Shown: positions 17,765 through 27,519, numbered from the stretch's first letter. The stretch is DNA of 64,000 nucleotides from Novosphingobium sp. (GCA_047605105.1 JASGGH010000004.1:4320-68319), one strand, 5' to 3'. The notes: a model not told the origin generated them from the sequence alone. Translations and numbers: made by a program.

Positions 17765-20086
17765 GTGACCGACCACGATCTCATCAAGCGCTTGCTGAAC
17801 GCGCCATTGGCCGAACTGCTCGCCGAAGCCCGCGCCCGCCGCGACGCGCGCCATGGTCCTTGGGGCCCGGCGCGGACGACCTATTCGCGCAAGGTGTTCA
17901 TCCCGCTGACCAGGCTCTGCGCCGACGTTTGCCACTACTGCACCTTCGCCACGACGCCCTCGCGGTTGCACGCGCCGTTCCTCTCGCCCGAGGAGGTGCT
18001 GGAGATTGCCTGCGCCGGCCTGGCCGCGGGGTGCAAGGAAGCGCTGTTCACCCTGGGCGATGCGCCCGAGCGCCGCTATGCCGCCGCGCGCGACTGGCTG
18101 GCCGAGCATGGCTTCGGTCGCACCATCGACTACGTTCGCCACTGCGCCGAGCTTGTCCTGAACGAAACCGGGCTGCTGCCCCACGTCAACGCCGGACTGA
18201 TGGACGAGGCGGATTTCGCCGCGCTGAAGCCCTTCGCGCCTTCGGCCGGGCTGATGCTGGAAACGCTGTCCGACCGGCTCGGCGAGAAAGGCGAGGCGCA
18301 CTACGGCTCGCCCGACAAGGTCCCGGCGCTACGCATGGCTTCGCTCGAAGCCGCGGGCCGCGCGAAGATGCCCGTGACCAGCGGCATCCTCGTCGGCATC
18401 GGCGAGACTGCGCGGGAGCGGATCGAGGCGCTGATCGCGCTGCGCGATCTCGACCGGAAGCATGGCCACCTCCAGGAAGTCATCGTCCAGAACTTCTGCC
18501 CCAAGCCGGGGACCAGGATGGCCCAGGCGGCGGAGGCGGGCGAGGAGCATTTTCTCCATGCCCTGGCTGCGGCGCGGATCATCCTGGACGACGCCGTGTC
18601 GGTCCAGGCCCCGCCCAATCTCAACGGCGAGCGGCTGGTCGAGCTGCTCGATGCCGGGATCGACGACTGGGGCGGCATCTCGCCGGTCACCCAGGACCAT
18701 GTGAATCCCGAGGCGCCCTGGCCCGAGATCGCCCTGATGGAAGAGGTCTGCGCCGCCTACGGCCGCCCGCTGGTCGAGCGTCTGACGGTCTACCCGCGCT
18801 ATGCCGCCAGCGACGACCGCGCCTGGATCGATCCCGCGCTGCGCCCCGCGGTGCTCAAGCTGTCCGATGCCGAGGGCCTCGCGCGCGACAGCATCTGGAG
18901 CCCGGGCGTCGCCGATCATGCGCCGGCCACGCCGCAGCAGCCGCTGGGGCGGGTGCCGTCCGGACCGACCGCGCCGCAACTGCACCGCATCCTCGACAAG
19001 GCCGCGGGGGGCAATGAGTTGTCCGAGGCCGAGATCGTCGCCCTGTTCACCGCCCGCGGCTCGGCCGCCGAGGCGGTGGTCGAGGCGGCCGACGCCCTGC
19101 GCCGCGAGGTCAAGGGCGACGAGGTCACCTATGTGATCAACCGCAACATCAACTACACCAACATCTGCACCCACACCTGCAGCTTCTGCGCCTTCTCGAA
19201 GACGAGCAGCAAGGCGGGGTTCCGCGACAAGCCCTATAACCTCGACTTGGAGGAGATCGCCGAGCGGGCGCGCGAAGCCGTGGCCAAGGGCGCCACCGAG
19301 GTCTGCCTTCAGGGCGGCATCCATCCGAGCTATACCGGCGAGACCTACCGCTCGATCGTTCGCGCGGTGAAGGACGCCTGTCCGGATCTCCACGTCCACG
19401 CCTTCTCGCCGCTCGAGGTGACCCAGGGCGCCAGGACGCTCGGCCTGTCGATTCGCGATTACCTGGCGATGCTCAAGGACGAGGGGCTCGGTTCGCTGCC
19501 CGGCACCGCCGCCGAGATCCTCCACGACGACATCCGCCGCCAGATCTGCCCCGACAAGCTGACCAGCGCCGAATGGCTCGGCGTGGTCCGCGATGCGCAC
19601 TCGGTCGGCATCCCGACGACCTCGACGATCATGTACGGCCACCTCGAACGGCCCGAGCACTGGGCCGCGCACCTGCTCGTGCTGCGCCGCCAGCAGGAGG
19701 AGAGCGGCGGCTTCACCGAGTTCGTCCCGCTGCCGCTGGTCCACATGGAAGCGCCGTTTTACCGCAAGGGCCAGAGCCGCAAGGGGCCGACCTGGCGCGA
19801 GGCGCTGATGATGCACAGCGTGGCGCGGATCGTGCTGCACGGGCAGATCGATTCGATCCAGTGCTCCTGGGTGAAGCTCGGCGTCGATGGAGCCGCCGCG
19901 GCGCTGGCGGCGGGCTGCAACGACCTCGGCGGGGTGCTGATGAACGAATCGATCAGCCGCGCCGCCGGGGCGAGCCACGGGCAGGAACTGACGGTCGACA
20001 ACCTTGCCGATGTCGCCCGCTCGGCCGGCCGCACGCTGCGGCGGCGGACGACGCTCTACAAGCTGTTCGAGCCCGAAGTTGCCTGA
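17765..20086 (+). CDS. fbiC: Bifunctional FO synthase (CofG-CofH fusion)
   Basis: Two radical-SAM motifs, CADVCHYC and CTHTCSFC; TYSRKVFIPLT; NRNINYTN. Confidence 0.95.
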   Translation: MTDHDLIKRLLNAPLAELLAEARARRDARHGPWGPARTTYSRKVFIPLTRLCADVCHYCTFATTPSRLHAPFLSPEEVLEIACAGLAAGCKEALFTLGDAPERRYAAARDWLAEHGFGRTIDYVRHCAELVLNETGLLPHVNAGLMDEADFAALKPFAPSAGLMLETLSDRLGEKGEAHYGSPDKVPALRMASLEAAGRAKMPVTSGILVGIGETARERIEALIALRDLDRKHGHLQEVIVQNFCPKPGTRMAQAAEAGEEHFLHALAAARIILDDAVSVQAPPNLNGERLVELLDAGIDDWGGISPVTQDHVNPEAPWPEIALMEEVCAAYGRPLVERLTVYPRYAASDDRAWIDPALRPAVLKLSDAEGLARDSIWSPGVADHAPATPQQPLGRVPSGPTAPQLHRILDKAAGGNELSEAEIVALFTARGSAAEAVVEAADALRREVKGDEVTYVINRNINYTNICTHTCSFCAFSKTSSKAGFRDKPYNLDLEEIAERAREAVAKGATEVCLQGGIHPSYTGETYRSIVRAVKDACPDLHVHAFSPLEVTQGARTLGLSIRDYLAMLKDEGLGSLPGTAAEILHDDIRRQICPDKLTSAEWLGVVRDAHSVGIPTTSTIMYGHLERPEHWAAHLLVLRRQQEESGGFTEFVPLPLVHMEAPFYRKGQSRKGPTWREALMMHSVARIVLHGQIDSIQCSWVKLGVDGAAAALAAGCNDLGGVLMNESISRAAGASHGQELTVDNLADVARSAGRTLRRRTTLYKLFEPEVA

Positions 20087-20089
20087 CGC

Positions 20090-20116
20090 GTTGTCCCGGA
20101 TTTGATCCGGGACGAC
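20090..20116. repeat. REP-like hairpin / possible bidirectional terminator
   Basis: GTCCCGGA-TTTGA-TCCGGGAC between convergent genes. Confidence 0.6.
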
Positions 20117-20118
20117 GA

Positions 20119-21306
20119 TTAACTGCGGATGTAGACCTTCAGCGAAGCGATCTTGCCGCTTTCGTCGAAGCGGTAGTGGTTGCTGGTCTGGCGAACATTG
20201 CCGTCGGGCAATTGGGCCTCGATCTCGACCGCGATGCCCTCGCTGGAGACGAACCGCGTGCCGGGCGTGGGGAAGGGCGCGCCCGAGCCGAAGACCATCG
20301 TCTGGAACTCGCGGATCGCATCCTTGCCTTCGAGGACCTTGCCGTTGGGCGGGGAAAAGACCCCGTCTTCCGCGAAGAGGTCGACGAAGGCGTCGATGTC
20401 CTTGGTCCGGACGGCAACGAAATAGGCGTCGACCGTCGCGTTGGGGTCGACGGGACTCGGGTTGCCCGCGGCCTCGCTCGCCGCACGGCGGATGCGCTCG
20501 AGCATGAACTCGGCTGCATCTCCCAGCTTGCGCAGCGCCACCGTCTCGCTGGTCGGCAGTTCCTTGGCGTGCTCGACGTCCTTCTTGAGCAGGTCGTGCA
20601 GCCCCTGGAAGCTGCCCGGCGCCCCCGCGCCCTCGCGCGGCAGGACGAAGCGCGGGCCGACGCCGAGCGCGAAGCTCTGGGCCGAACCGGCGTTCAGCGC
20701 CTCGGTTAGTTGCTGGCGGTCGAAGCCCATCGAGACGCCGATGTCCATGATCGCCGCCGACATGCCGTAGTTGGCGATGGAGATCAGGTTGTTGATCAGC
20801 TTGCCTTCCTGACCGCGGCCTACGGGCCCGAGGTGCGAGAGCTTGTTGCCGATCGCCTCCAGCCAGGGCCGGGCGCGCTCGACATCGGCATCCTCGCCGC
20901 CGATCCACAGCGACAGCTTGCCCTCGATCGCCGCCGGGCCGCCGCCCGAGACCCCGACGTCGACGAAGCCGACGCCGTAGTCCTTGGCCTGTTCCGCCAG
21001 CCTGCGGGCCAGGTCGGGCGAGACGGTCGAATGCAGGATGAAGGTGCCGCCTCGGCCCAACGCCTCATAGAGCTTGCCCCCGGCGATAACGCTTTCGAGC
21101 TGCGCGTCGGTGCGGACGCAGACGCCCAGCAGGTCCGCGCCGCGGGCGGTCTCGAACGGATCGGCCGAACGCCGGGTTCCCGGCTCGTCGAAGGCTTCGA
21201 GCATCTCGGGCGAATTGTCGCAGCCGGTCACCTCGAAACCCGAGCGGGCCAGGCGGCGCGCGATCGGCGCGCCCATCGAGCCCAGGCCAATGAACCCAGC
21301 TTTCAT
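20119..21306 (-). CDS. 3-hydroxyisobutyrate-dehydrogenase-family enzyme fused to a C-terminal NTF2/SnoaL domain
   Basis: GFIGLGSMG, VSGGG, KLINN; last ~110 aa VDAYF...FAEDG...GKDAIREF...RFDESGKI. Confidence 0.85.
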   Translation of the reverse strand: MKAGFIGLGSMGAPIARRLARSGFEVTGCDNSPEMLEAFDEPGTRRSADPFETARGADLLGVCVRTDAQLESVIAGGKLYEALGRGGTFILHSTVSPDLARRLAEQAKDYGVGFVDVGVSGGGPAAIEGKLSLWIGGEDADVERARPWLEAIGNKLSHLGPVGRGQEGKLINNLISIANYGMSAAIMDIGVSMGFDRQQLTEALNAGSAQSFALGVGPRFVLPREGAGAPGSFQGLHDLLKKDVEHAKELPTSETVALRKLGDAAEFMLERIRRAASEAAGNPSPVDPNATVDAYFVAVRTKDIDAFVDLFAEDGVFSPPNGKVLEGKDAIREFQTMVFGSGAPFPTPGTRFVSSEGIAVEIEAQLPDGNVRQTSNHYRFDESGKIASLKVYIRS

Positions 21307-21342
21307 CGCGATATTCCTCTCAATCAATCGAGGCTGAAAAAC

Positions 21343-21356
21343 GACATGATCATGTC
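21343..21356. promoter_or_regulatory. Perfect palindrome overlapping a minus-strand TTGACA
   Basis: GACATGATCATGTC; the minus strand reads TTGACATGATCATGTC upstream of 21306. Confidence 0.55.
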
Positions 21357-21404
21357 AAACCGCCAAGCCTCGATGTGCGCTGCCGGCGCTTGATCGCCCC
21401 CGCG

Positions 21405-22205
21405 TTAGGGCCGCATCACCCAGCCGCCGTCGACATGCAGCACCTGGCCGGTGATCCACGATCCGGCCTCGGAGGCGAGCAGCAGCGCCGGGCCGACCAG
21501 TTCCTCCGGCTCGCCGCGCGGATGGATCGCGCAGGTCATCTGGAGGAACTGGATGAACGGCGAATCGTCGGGCACCAGCATCTTGCCCGCGTCGGACTTG
21601 ACGTTGCCCGGGGCGATAGCGTTGCATGTGATCCCGTCCTTGCCGTAGCGCTTCGCCAGCGAGGTGGTGAGGCCGACCAGCGCCAGCTTGGAGATGCCGT
21701 AGAGCCCGGTCGCGGGGAAGGCGCCGCCCGAGGTCTGGTTGATGATCCGGCCGCCGCCCCCATTCTTTTTGGCGCGTTCGCGCATCGACGGCACGCAGGC
21801 ACGGGCGCAAAGCAGCGCGCCGCTGAGATTGACCGCGATCGCCTTGTTCCAGGCCTCCATCGGGACGGTTTCGAGATCGTCGTAGCTGACGTCGACCATC
21901 AGCGCGGCGTTGTTGATCAGGATGTCGATCCCGCCGAAGGCCTCCTTGGCCGCGGCCGCCATGGCCAGCGTCTGCTCTTCGTTCGAGACGTCGACGCCGA
22001 CCGCCACGGCCTTGCCGCCCGCGGCGACGATCTCATCCGCGACGGCCTGGGCGCCGGCCTGGTTCAGGTCGGCGACGACGATCGAAGCGCCGGCATTGGC
22101 GAAGCCCAGGGCATAGGCGCGACCGATCGAATTGCCGCGTCCGCCGGCGCCGGTGACGATCGCGACCTTGCCGTCGAGGCGATACTGATCGAGGGTGAAG
22201 GGCAT
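21405..22205 (-). CDS. SDR oxidoreductase
   Basis: VTGAGGRGNSIG, NNAA, YGISK. Confidence 0.92.
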   Translation of the reverse strand: MPFTLDQYRLDGKVAIVTGAGGRGNSIGRAYALGFANAGASIVVADLNQAGAQAVADEIVAAGGKAVAVGVDVSNEEQTLAMAAAAKEAFGGIDILINNAALMVDVSYDDLETVPMEAWNKAIAVNLSGALLCARACVPSMRERAKKNGGGGRIINQTSGGAFPATGLYGISKLALVGLTTSLAKRYGKDGITCNAIAPGNVKSDAGKMLVPDDSPFIQFLQMTCAIHPRGEPEELVGPALLLASEAGSWITGQVLHVDGGWVMRP

Positions 22206-22225
22206 CAAACTATCCTCATGCAAAG

Positions 22226-22326
22226 ACCCGTCCGTCCTGAGCTCGTCGAAGGACTGTCCTTCCTTGCAGCGCAGCACTTGGGGTGAAGTGAAAGGCGGCC
22301 CTTCGACAAGCTCAGGGCGGACGGGT
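22226..22326. repeat. REP-like inverted repeat (CTTCGACAAGCTCAGG type)
   Basis: ACCCGTCCGTCCTGAGCTCGTCGAAGG ... CCTTCGACAAGCTCAGGGCGGACGGGT. Confidence 0.85.
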
Positions 22327-22331
22327 TGGGT

Positions 22332-23150
22332 TTACGGGTTCGGGTTCGAGGCAGCGTTCGCCGCGGTGAGGAACGGCTCTGCCGCCGCGCGCAGCAGTTC
22401 CGCGCCCCAGTCGTCGGGCAGCACGGTCTTGAGCAGATCGACATCCTTGGCCAGCATCGGCGCGCCGACCTTGAAGGCGGCGGGCTCGGGCAGGCGGGCA
22501 TAGACTTCGAAGCCCATCGAGCGACCGCTGCTTTCCTTGACCAGTTCGGCGAGGGCCTTGCGGTCCACGCCCATGGCGTCGGCGGCGGCCATCGCGCCGT
22601 GGGCAATCCCCATGTTGGCGGCGAGCATGGCATTGTTGATGATCTTGGCGCGCTGGCCGGCGCCCGCCGGGCCGAGCAGGACGACCATCCGGCCGAAGGT
22701 CCGGAACACCGGGAGTGCCGCGTCGAAGGCTTCCTGGCGGGCGCCGCACATCACGGTCAGCGTGCCGGCCTCGGCCGCGGGCGAGCCGCCGCTGACCGGG
22801 GCGTCGATGAACAGCAGGCCCGCCTGGTCGCACTGCGCTTCGAGCTTGGCGACGGTCTCGGGCAGGATCGTCGAGTGGATCGCGATCCGGCTGCCGGGCT
22901 TCATGGCCGGAATGAGCTGGTCGGTGATCGAGAGGACGTCGGCGTCGTTGACCACGCAGATGCCCACATGGTCGCAAGCGGCACTAAGCTCGGCGACCGT
23001 CGCGGCGGCCGCGGCGCCCTTGGCGGTGTAGGCCTCCAGCACCTCGGGCCTTCGCGCCCAGACGACCAGCGGATAGCCGCCGTCGATCATCCGGTGCGCC
23101 ATGGGGCCGCCCTGGCTGCCGACTCCGACGAATCCCGTTACTTCGCTCAT
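22332..23150 (-). CDS. 3-hydroxyisobutyrate dehydrogenase family protein
   Basis: GFVGVGSQG, DAPVSGG, KIINN. Confidence 0.9.
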   Translation of the reverse strand: MSEVTGFVGVGSQGGPMAHRMIDGGYPLVVWARRPEVLEAYTAKGAAAAATVAELSAACDHVGICVVNDADVLSITDQLIPAMKPGSRIAIHSTILPETVAKLEAQCDQAGLLFIDAPVSGGSPAAEAGTLTVMCGARQEAFDAALPVFRTFGRMVVLLGPAGAGQRAKIINNAMLAANMGIAHGAMAAADAMGVDRKALAELVKESSGRSMGFEVYARLPEPAAFKVGAPMLAKDVDLLKTVLPDDWGAELLRAAAEPFLTAANAASNPNP

Positions 23151-23911
23151 CCTGCCGTGATCCCCGCGTCGATGGTCAGGCACGAGCCGTGGTATCCGCG
23201 GCCCGCCGGCGAGGCCAGCATGGCGATCGCCTCCGCCACATCGCTCACCTCGACCGTGCCGCGCAGCCCGGAGAAGCGCTTGATAAGCTCGTAGTCCACG
23301 CCCTCGGGCATGGTCAGGCCATTGGCGATGTTGGTCATCATCCCGCCCGGCGCGACCGCGTTGATGCGGATGGGCTTCCGGACATATTCCATGGCCATCG
23401 CCTTGGTCATCTGGACCAGCCCCGCCTTGCTGGCGCAATAGGCGGCGGCATAGGCCTCGCCGATGAAGGCCGCGGTGGAGGCGACGTTGACGATCGCGCC
23501 GCCGCCTTCGCTGTCGCTTTCGAGCAGGTGCGGGATCGCCGCCTGGGAGAGCAGGAACGGGGCGGTCAGGTTGATCGCGATGGTCTTGTCCCACAACTCG
23601 CGCGGCATCTCGTGGCTGTTCACGAACTTGATGATCCCAGCGACGTTGCACAGCGCATCGAGCCGGCCGAACCGCGCTACGGCGGCAGCGACCACGGGCG
23701 CGCAGGCCGCGGGATCGGACAGGTCGGCGGCGTGGGTGAGGGTTTCGCCGGCGATCTGCCCGGCGGTCTCGGCCAGGCCTGCGGGATTGACGTCCACCAG
23801 GCAGACGCGGGCGCCGGCTTCGGCCAGGCGCAGCGCCGCGGCCCGGCCCAGCCCCGAGGCGCCGCCGGTGACGATCGCGGCCTTGCCGCTCAGGTCGATC
23901 ACTTGAGCCAT
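23147..23911 (-). CDS. SDR oxidoreductase
   Basis: VTGGASGLG, NVAG, YCASK. Confidence 0.92.
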   Translation of the reverse strand: MAQVIDLSGKAAIVTGGASGLGRAAALRLAEAGARVCLVDVNPAGLAETAGQIAGETLTHAADLSDPAACAPVVAAAVARFGRLDALCNVAGIIKFVNSHEMPRELWDKTIAINLTAPFLLSQAAIPHLLESDSEGGGAIVNVASTAAFIGEAYAAAYCASKAGLVQMTKAMAMEYVRKPIRINAVAPGGMMTNIANGLTMPEGVDYELIKRFSGLRGTVEVSDVAEAIAMLASPAGRGYHGSCLTIDAGITAG

Positions 23912-23926
23912 GTCAGCCGTTCCCCC

Positions 23927-24709
23927 TCAACCGTTCCAGGCCAGGCCGGCTTCGACCTTCGCCGCCATTTGCATGATGACGTTGTTGACGAGCGAAGCCC
24001 GCGGCCAGCCGGCGTGGATGCCGTACTGGAGCGAGAATTCGAGCATCTCTTCCTTGGTGCAGTTGCCGCTCGCCATGCCGGCATGGAAGTGGGAGCGGAT
24101 CGGCACTTCGGCGGCGCTGTTGGCCACGCCGACCAGCGTGATCCAGCGCCGGGCGCGCTCGTCGAGGCCGGGGCGCCACCACATTTCGCCGAAGACGAAG
24201 TTGTTGATCGCTTCCGCGAAGGGATTGCTCGACGGCCCGCCGGGGAAGGTCATGGTCTTGGCGAACTCGGCCTCGCCCTTCAGGCCGCGTTCGATCGGGT
24301 CCCAGGCTTCGGCACGGATCGGCGCGTGGTCGGGCTCGGCGAGGCCGAGGGCATCGCGCACGCGGGTCACCGCCGCGTCGAACTCCAGCCCGCGCGGCCA
24401 GCCCGCGTAGACCGCAAGGTGCAGCGCGCCTTCGCGCAGCTCGCGCAAGGTCAGCTCGCCGCCCTGCAGCGCGCCGCGGACATAGCCATCGATCATCGCT
24501 TCCTTCGCCGCGCTCATCACCGCGCTGGCGATCGAGATCAGGTAGCGCGAGCGGCGGTCGAGGCCGGGGCGGTTCCAGACCTCGGCGTAGACGAAGTCGC
24601 GGATCGACATTTCGGTCGGGGTGATCGGCGCGGCGGCGGGTGCGGCGTTGACCTCGGCTTGCAGGGCGAGGCCGCGGTCGGACCGCTCCCGGGGATCGAG
24701 CAGGCTCAC
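23927..24709 (-). CDS. Carboxymuconolactone decarboxylase family protein with tandem domains
   Basis: Two repeats: VWNRPGLDRRSR..YAGWP and MWWRPGLDERAR..HAGWP. Confidence 0.85.
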   Translation of the reverse strand: MSLLDPRERSDRGLALQAEVNAAPAAAPITPTEMSIRDFVYAEVWNRPGLDRRSRYLISIASAVMSAAKEAMIDGYVRGALQGGELTLRELREGALHLAVYAGWPRGLEFDAAVTRVRDALGLAEPDHAPIRAEAWDPIERGLKGEAEFAKTMTFPGGPSSNPFAEAINNFVFGEMWWRPGLDERARRWITLVGVANSAAEVPIRSHFHAGMASGNCTKEEMLEFSLQYGIHAGWPRASLVNNVIMQMAAKVEAGLAWNG

Positions 24710-26193
24710 TTCGCGGCCTCCGGGGCGGCGAGGTTCATCCAGATGTTCTTGGGCTGGAGGAAGTCGTGCAGGCCCTCGACCCCGCCGAGCCGGCCATGGC
24801 CGCTCTGCTTGAAGCCGCCGAAGGGCACGTTGGGCTGCATGCCTTCGCCCGCGCCGTTGACGTTGATCTGACCGGCGTCGAGCTGGCTCACCACGTGGTG
24901 GGCGCGGCGCAGGTTCTGGGTGTGGACATAGGCGCCCAGGCCATAGTCGGTGTCGTTGGCGAGGGCGATCGCCTCCTCCTCGGTGTCGAAGGGCGTGACC
25001 ACCAGGACCGGGCCGAAGACCTCGTTGCGGGCGATCTCGCTGTCGTTGGCGACGTCGGCGAGGATGGTGACCGGCAGGAAGTAGCCGTTACCGTGGTCCC
25101 CGCCCATCCGCTCGCCGCCGGTAACCAGGCGGCCGCCGGCGGAGACGCCACGCTCCACCATGCCGAGGATGCGGTTCATGGCCGGCTCGGAGATGACCGG
25201 GCCCATGGTGGTGGTCTGCTCGAACGGATCGCCGACCTGGATGTAGCCGGCCATGGCCGAGAGCATCTGCAGATAGGGCTCGTAGACCCCGCGCTGGACG
25301 AGCAGGCGGGTGCCGTTGACGCAGCCCTGGCCGTTGGCGGAGACCGCGCCGGTCAGCCCGCGCTTGGCGGCGTTCTGGAGGTCGGCGTCGTCGAAGACGA
25401 TCACCGCCGACTTGCCGCCGAGCTCGAGGCCGCAGGGCTTCAGGGTCTGGGCGGCGTTGGTCAGCACCTTCCTGGCGGTCGCGCCCGAGCCGATGAACTG
25501 GATCTTGTCGACGCCGGGGTGGGCGACGATCGCCTCGCCGACATCGGCCGCGCCGGTGACGAGGTTGACCACGCCCGCGGGGAGGCCCGCCTCGATCAGC
25601 ACCTCGACCAGCTTCATCGTCGAATAGGGGGCAAGGTCGGGCGACTTCAGCACTACGGTGTTGCCGGTGGCGAGGGCCGGGGCGATCACCATGGTCGCGG
25701 CGAAGAGCGGGCCGTTCCAGGGCACGATCACGCCGATCACGCCGTAGGGCTCGTAGGCGACGTAGTCGTGCGAGGGGCCGCCCCACATCGGCACGGTGCG
25801 GCCGTGGAGCTTGTCGGCCCAGCCGGCGTAGTAGCGGAACTTCTGCGCGGCGTCGTAGCCCATGTAGGGCGCGGCCATCGCGATCGAGCCGTTCTCCGCG
25901 ACGAGGCTGGGCACGAAGTCCATCGCCTTGGCCTCGAGCGCGGCGGCGAGCTTGAACATAAGGTCGCGGCGCTTGTCGCCGGGCATGGCCTTCCAGGCGG
26001 GGAGGGCGGCGCGGGCGGCGGCGACGGCGCGGTCGACGTCGGCGGCGCCGGCCATGCCGATCTCGCGGGTGACCTGGCCGGTGCCGGGATAGATATGCGG
26101 CAGGCGCGCGCCCGAGCCGCGCTCCTCGCGGCTCTCGCCGACGATCACGGTGTGCTGCGGCAATACGGCCGCATCGGGGTGCCTGAAGGCCAT
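24706..26193 (-). CDS. Aldehyde dehydrogenase
   Basis: PWN, LELGGKS, GQGC, EVFGP, PFGGFKQSG. Confidence 0.95.
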   Translation of the reverse strand: MAFRHPDAAVLPQHTVIVGESREERGSGARLPHIYPGTGQVTREIGMAGAADVDRAVAAARAALPAWKAMPGDKRRDLMFKLAAALEAKAMDFVPSLVAENGSIAMAAPYMGYDAAQKFRYYAGWADKLHGRTVPMWGGPSHDYVAYEPYGVIGVIVPWNGPLFAATMVIAPALATGNTVVLKSPDLAPYSTMKLVEVLIEAGLPAGVVNLVTGAADVGEAIVAHPGVDKIQFIGSGATARKVLTNAAQTLKPCGLELGGKSAVIVFDDADLQNAAKRGLTGAVSANGQGCVNGTRLLVQRGVYEPYLQMLSAMAGYIQVGDPFEQTTTMGPVISEPAMNRILGMVERGVSAGGRLVTGGERMGGDHGNGYFLPVTILADVANDSEIARNEVFGPVLVVTPFDTEEEAIALANDTDYGLGAYVHTQNLRRAHHVVSQLDAGQINVNGAGEGMQPNVPFGGFKQSGHGRLGGVEGLHDFLQPKNIWMNLAAPEAAK

Positions 26194-26302
26194 TTCGACT
26201 CGCTCCTCTCAATGCAGGCTCGCTGCTTGAGGCAAGGGGTAATGGCGCTATTAATTCATGGTCAATCCGCCAAATCGCGGTTTATAAGGAGGATATGGAC
26301 CA

Positions 26303-26318
26303 ATTATATGCATATAAT
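26303..26318. promoter_or_regulatory. Candidate GntR operator
   Basis: Perfect 16-bp palindrome ATTATATGCATATAAT between the divergent ALDH and gntR. Confidence 0.65.
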
Positions 26319-26330
26319 AGGGGTGACAAC

Positions 26331-27014
26331 ATGACCCGGCCCAGGCTTCCCCTCGTCCAGCAGGCCGCCGAGCGGTTGCGCGAACTGCTGTTTGCCGTGC
26401 CGACCGGCACGCGGCTCGGCGCCTTGCCCGAGCTCGCGCGGCGCTTCGGGGTCGGGATCGTCACCGTCCAGCAGGCGGCGCGGATCCTCGAGCATGAGGG
26501 CCTGCTCGAAGTGCGCCGCGGGCCGGGCGGCGGCTATTACGGCACGCGGCCCGACGACGCCGCACTGGAGCGGGCGATCACCGCCTATATGCGCGTCCAT
26601 CCGACCTCGTTCGACGAGGCCGCGGACATCACTTCGTTGCTGTTCAACGAACTGGTCCCCGCCGCCTGCGCCTGCCGCGACGAGCGGCTGCGCGAGACCT
26701 TGCGCGCGCTCGGCGAGACGATCGACGAGCGCAACACCGAGCTGGAGCGCGGCGGCTTCGAGCTGGCGCTCCAGAACCTGCTGTTCGAGATGGTCGACCG
26801 CCCGCTGTTCGAGGCGCTGACCCGGGTGACCCTGCGCTTCGCCGAGACCCGCCGCGCGCCGCTGATCGACGGCAGCCGCGCCGGGGCCGCCGAGTGGAAG
26901 GCGGGCCGCCGCCGGATCATCGCGGCGATCCTGGCCCAGGACGCCGAGCTCGCCCGCTTCGAGGCCGACCGCAGCAACCGCCGCGTGGTGATGGGGGGAT
27001 TGGCGCGCGGCTAG
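26331..27014 (+). CDS. GntR-family regulator (FCD-like C-terminus)
   Basis: ELARRFGVGIVTVQQAARILEHEGLLEVRRGPGGG. Confidence 0.88.
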   Translation: MTRPRLPLVQQAAERLRELLFAVPTGTRLGALPELARRFGVGIVTVQQAARILEHEGLLEVRRGPGGGYYGTRPDDAALERAITAYMRVHPTSFDEAADITSLLFNELVPAACACRDERLRETLRALGETIDERNTELERGGFELALQNLLFEMVDRPLFEALTRVTLRFAETRRAPLIDGSRAGAAEWKAGRRRIIAAILAQDAELARFEADRSNRRVVMGGLARG

Positions 27015-27021
27015 GCTTGTG

Positions 27022-27495
27022 TCACATGCCCCTGATCTGCTCCCAGGCGGAGTCAGTCATCCAGGTGTATTCGAGGTAGTGGCCGAACTTCTCGCGCCCA
27101 TCGAGATAGAGGAACTTCAGGTTGTCGCCGCCGTTGTCGCGCTCCATCGCCAGCGGGAGATCCTGCTCGTCGACGCGCTTGCGGAACTCGGCCCAGTCGG
27201 TGGTGATGCGGAAGCAGACCTGGTGGAACCGGATCGGTCCGCCGTTCGCCGGCGCTGCCGCGTAGATGCCGAGCGGGTCCTCGATCGGCTGGATCAGCTC
27301 GTACTGGATGTCGCCGATCCAGATGAAGCAAATCCGGACCTTGTTGATCACTTCCTCGCCGTTCGGGCCGTTGACCGGCTGATCGACCTCGATGATGTGC
27401 GGCTCGTGCGTCATGCCGCGGCCGCGGAAGCTGGCGATGCCTTCCTCGAGATTGTCGCAGACGAAACCGAGCTGATAGAGTTGTCCTTCGAGCAT
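27022..27495 (-). CDS. VOC/glyoxalase-family protein
   Basis: YQLGFVC.NLE, QYELIQP, FHQVCF, YLD...GHYLEY. Confidence 0.8.
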   Translation of the reverse strand: MLEGQLYQLGFVCDNLEEGIASFRGRGMTHEPHIIEVDQPVNGPNGEEVINKVRICFIWIGDIQYELIQPIEDPLGIYAAAPANGGPIRFHQVCFRITTDWAEFRKRVDEQDLPLAMERDNGGDNLKFLYLDGREKFGHYLEYTWMTDSAWEQIRGM

Positions 27496-27519
27496 TTCTT
27501 CTCTTCTCCTCTCCTCTCG

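Noticed and set aside
20119-23150. Imine reductase call for the two beta-hydroxyacid-dehydrogenase-like genes
   Set aside because: Both retain the catalytic Lys (KLINN, KIINN) of beta-hydroxyacid dehydrogenases
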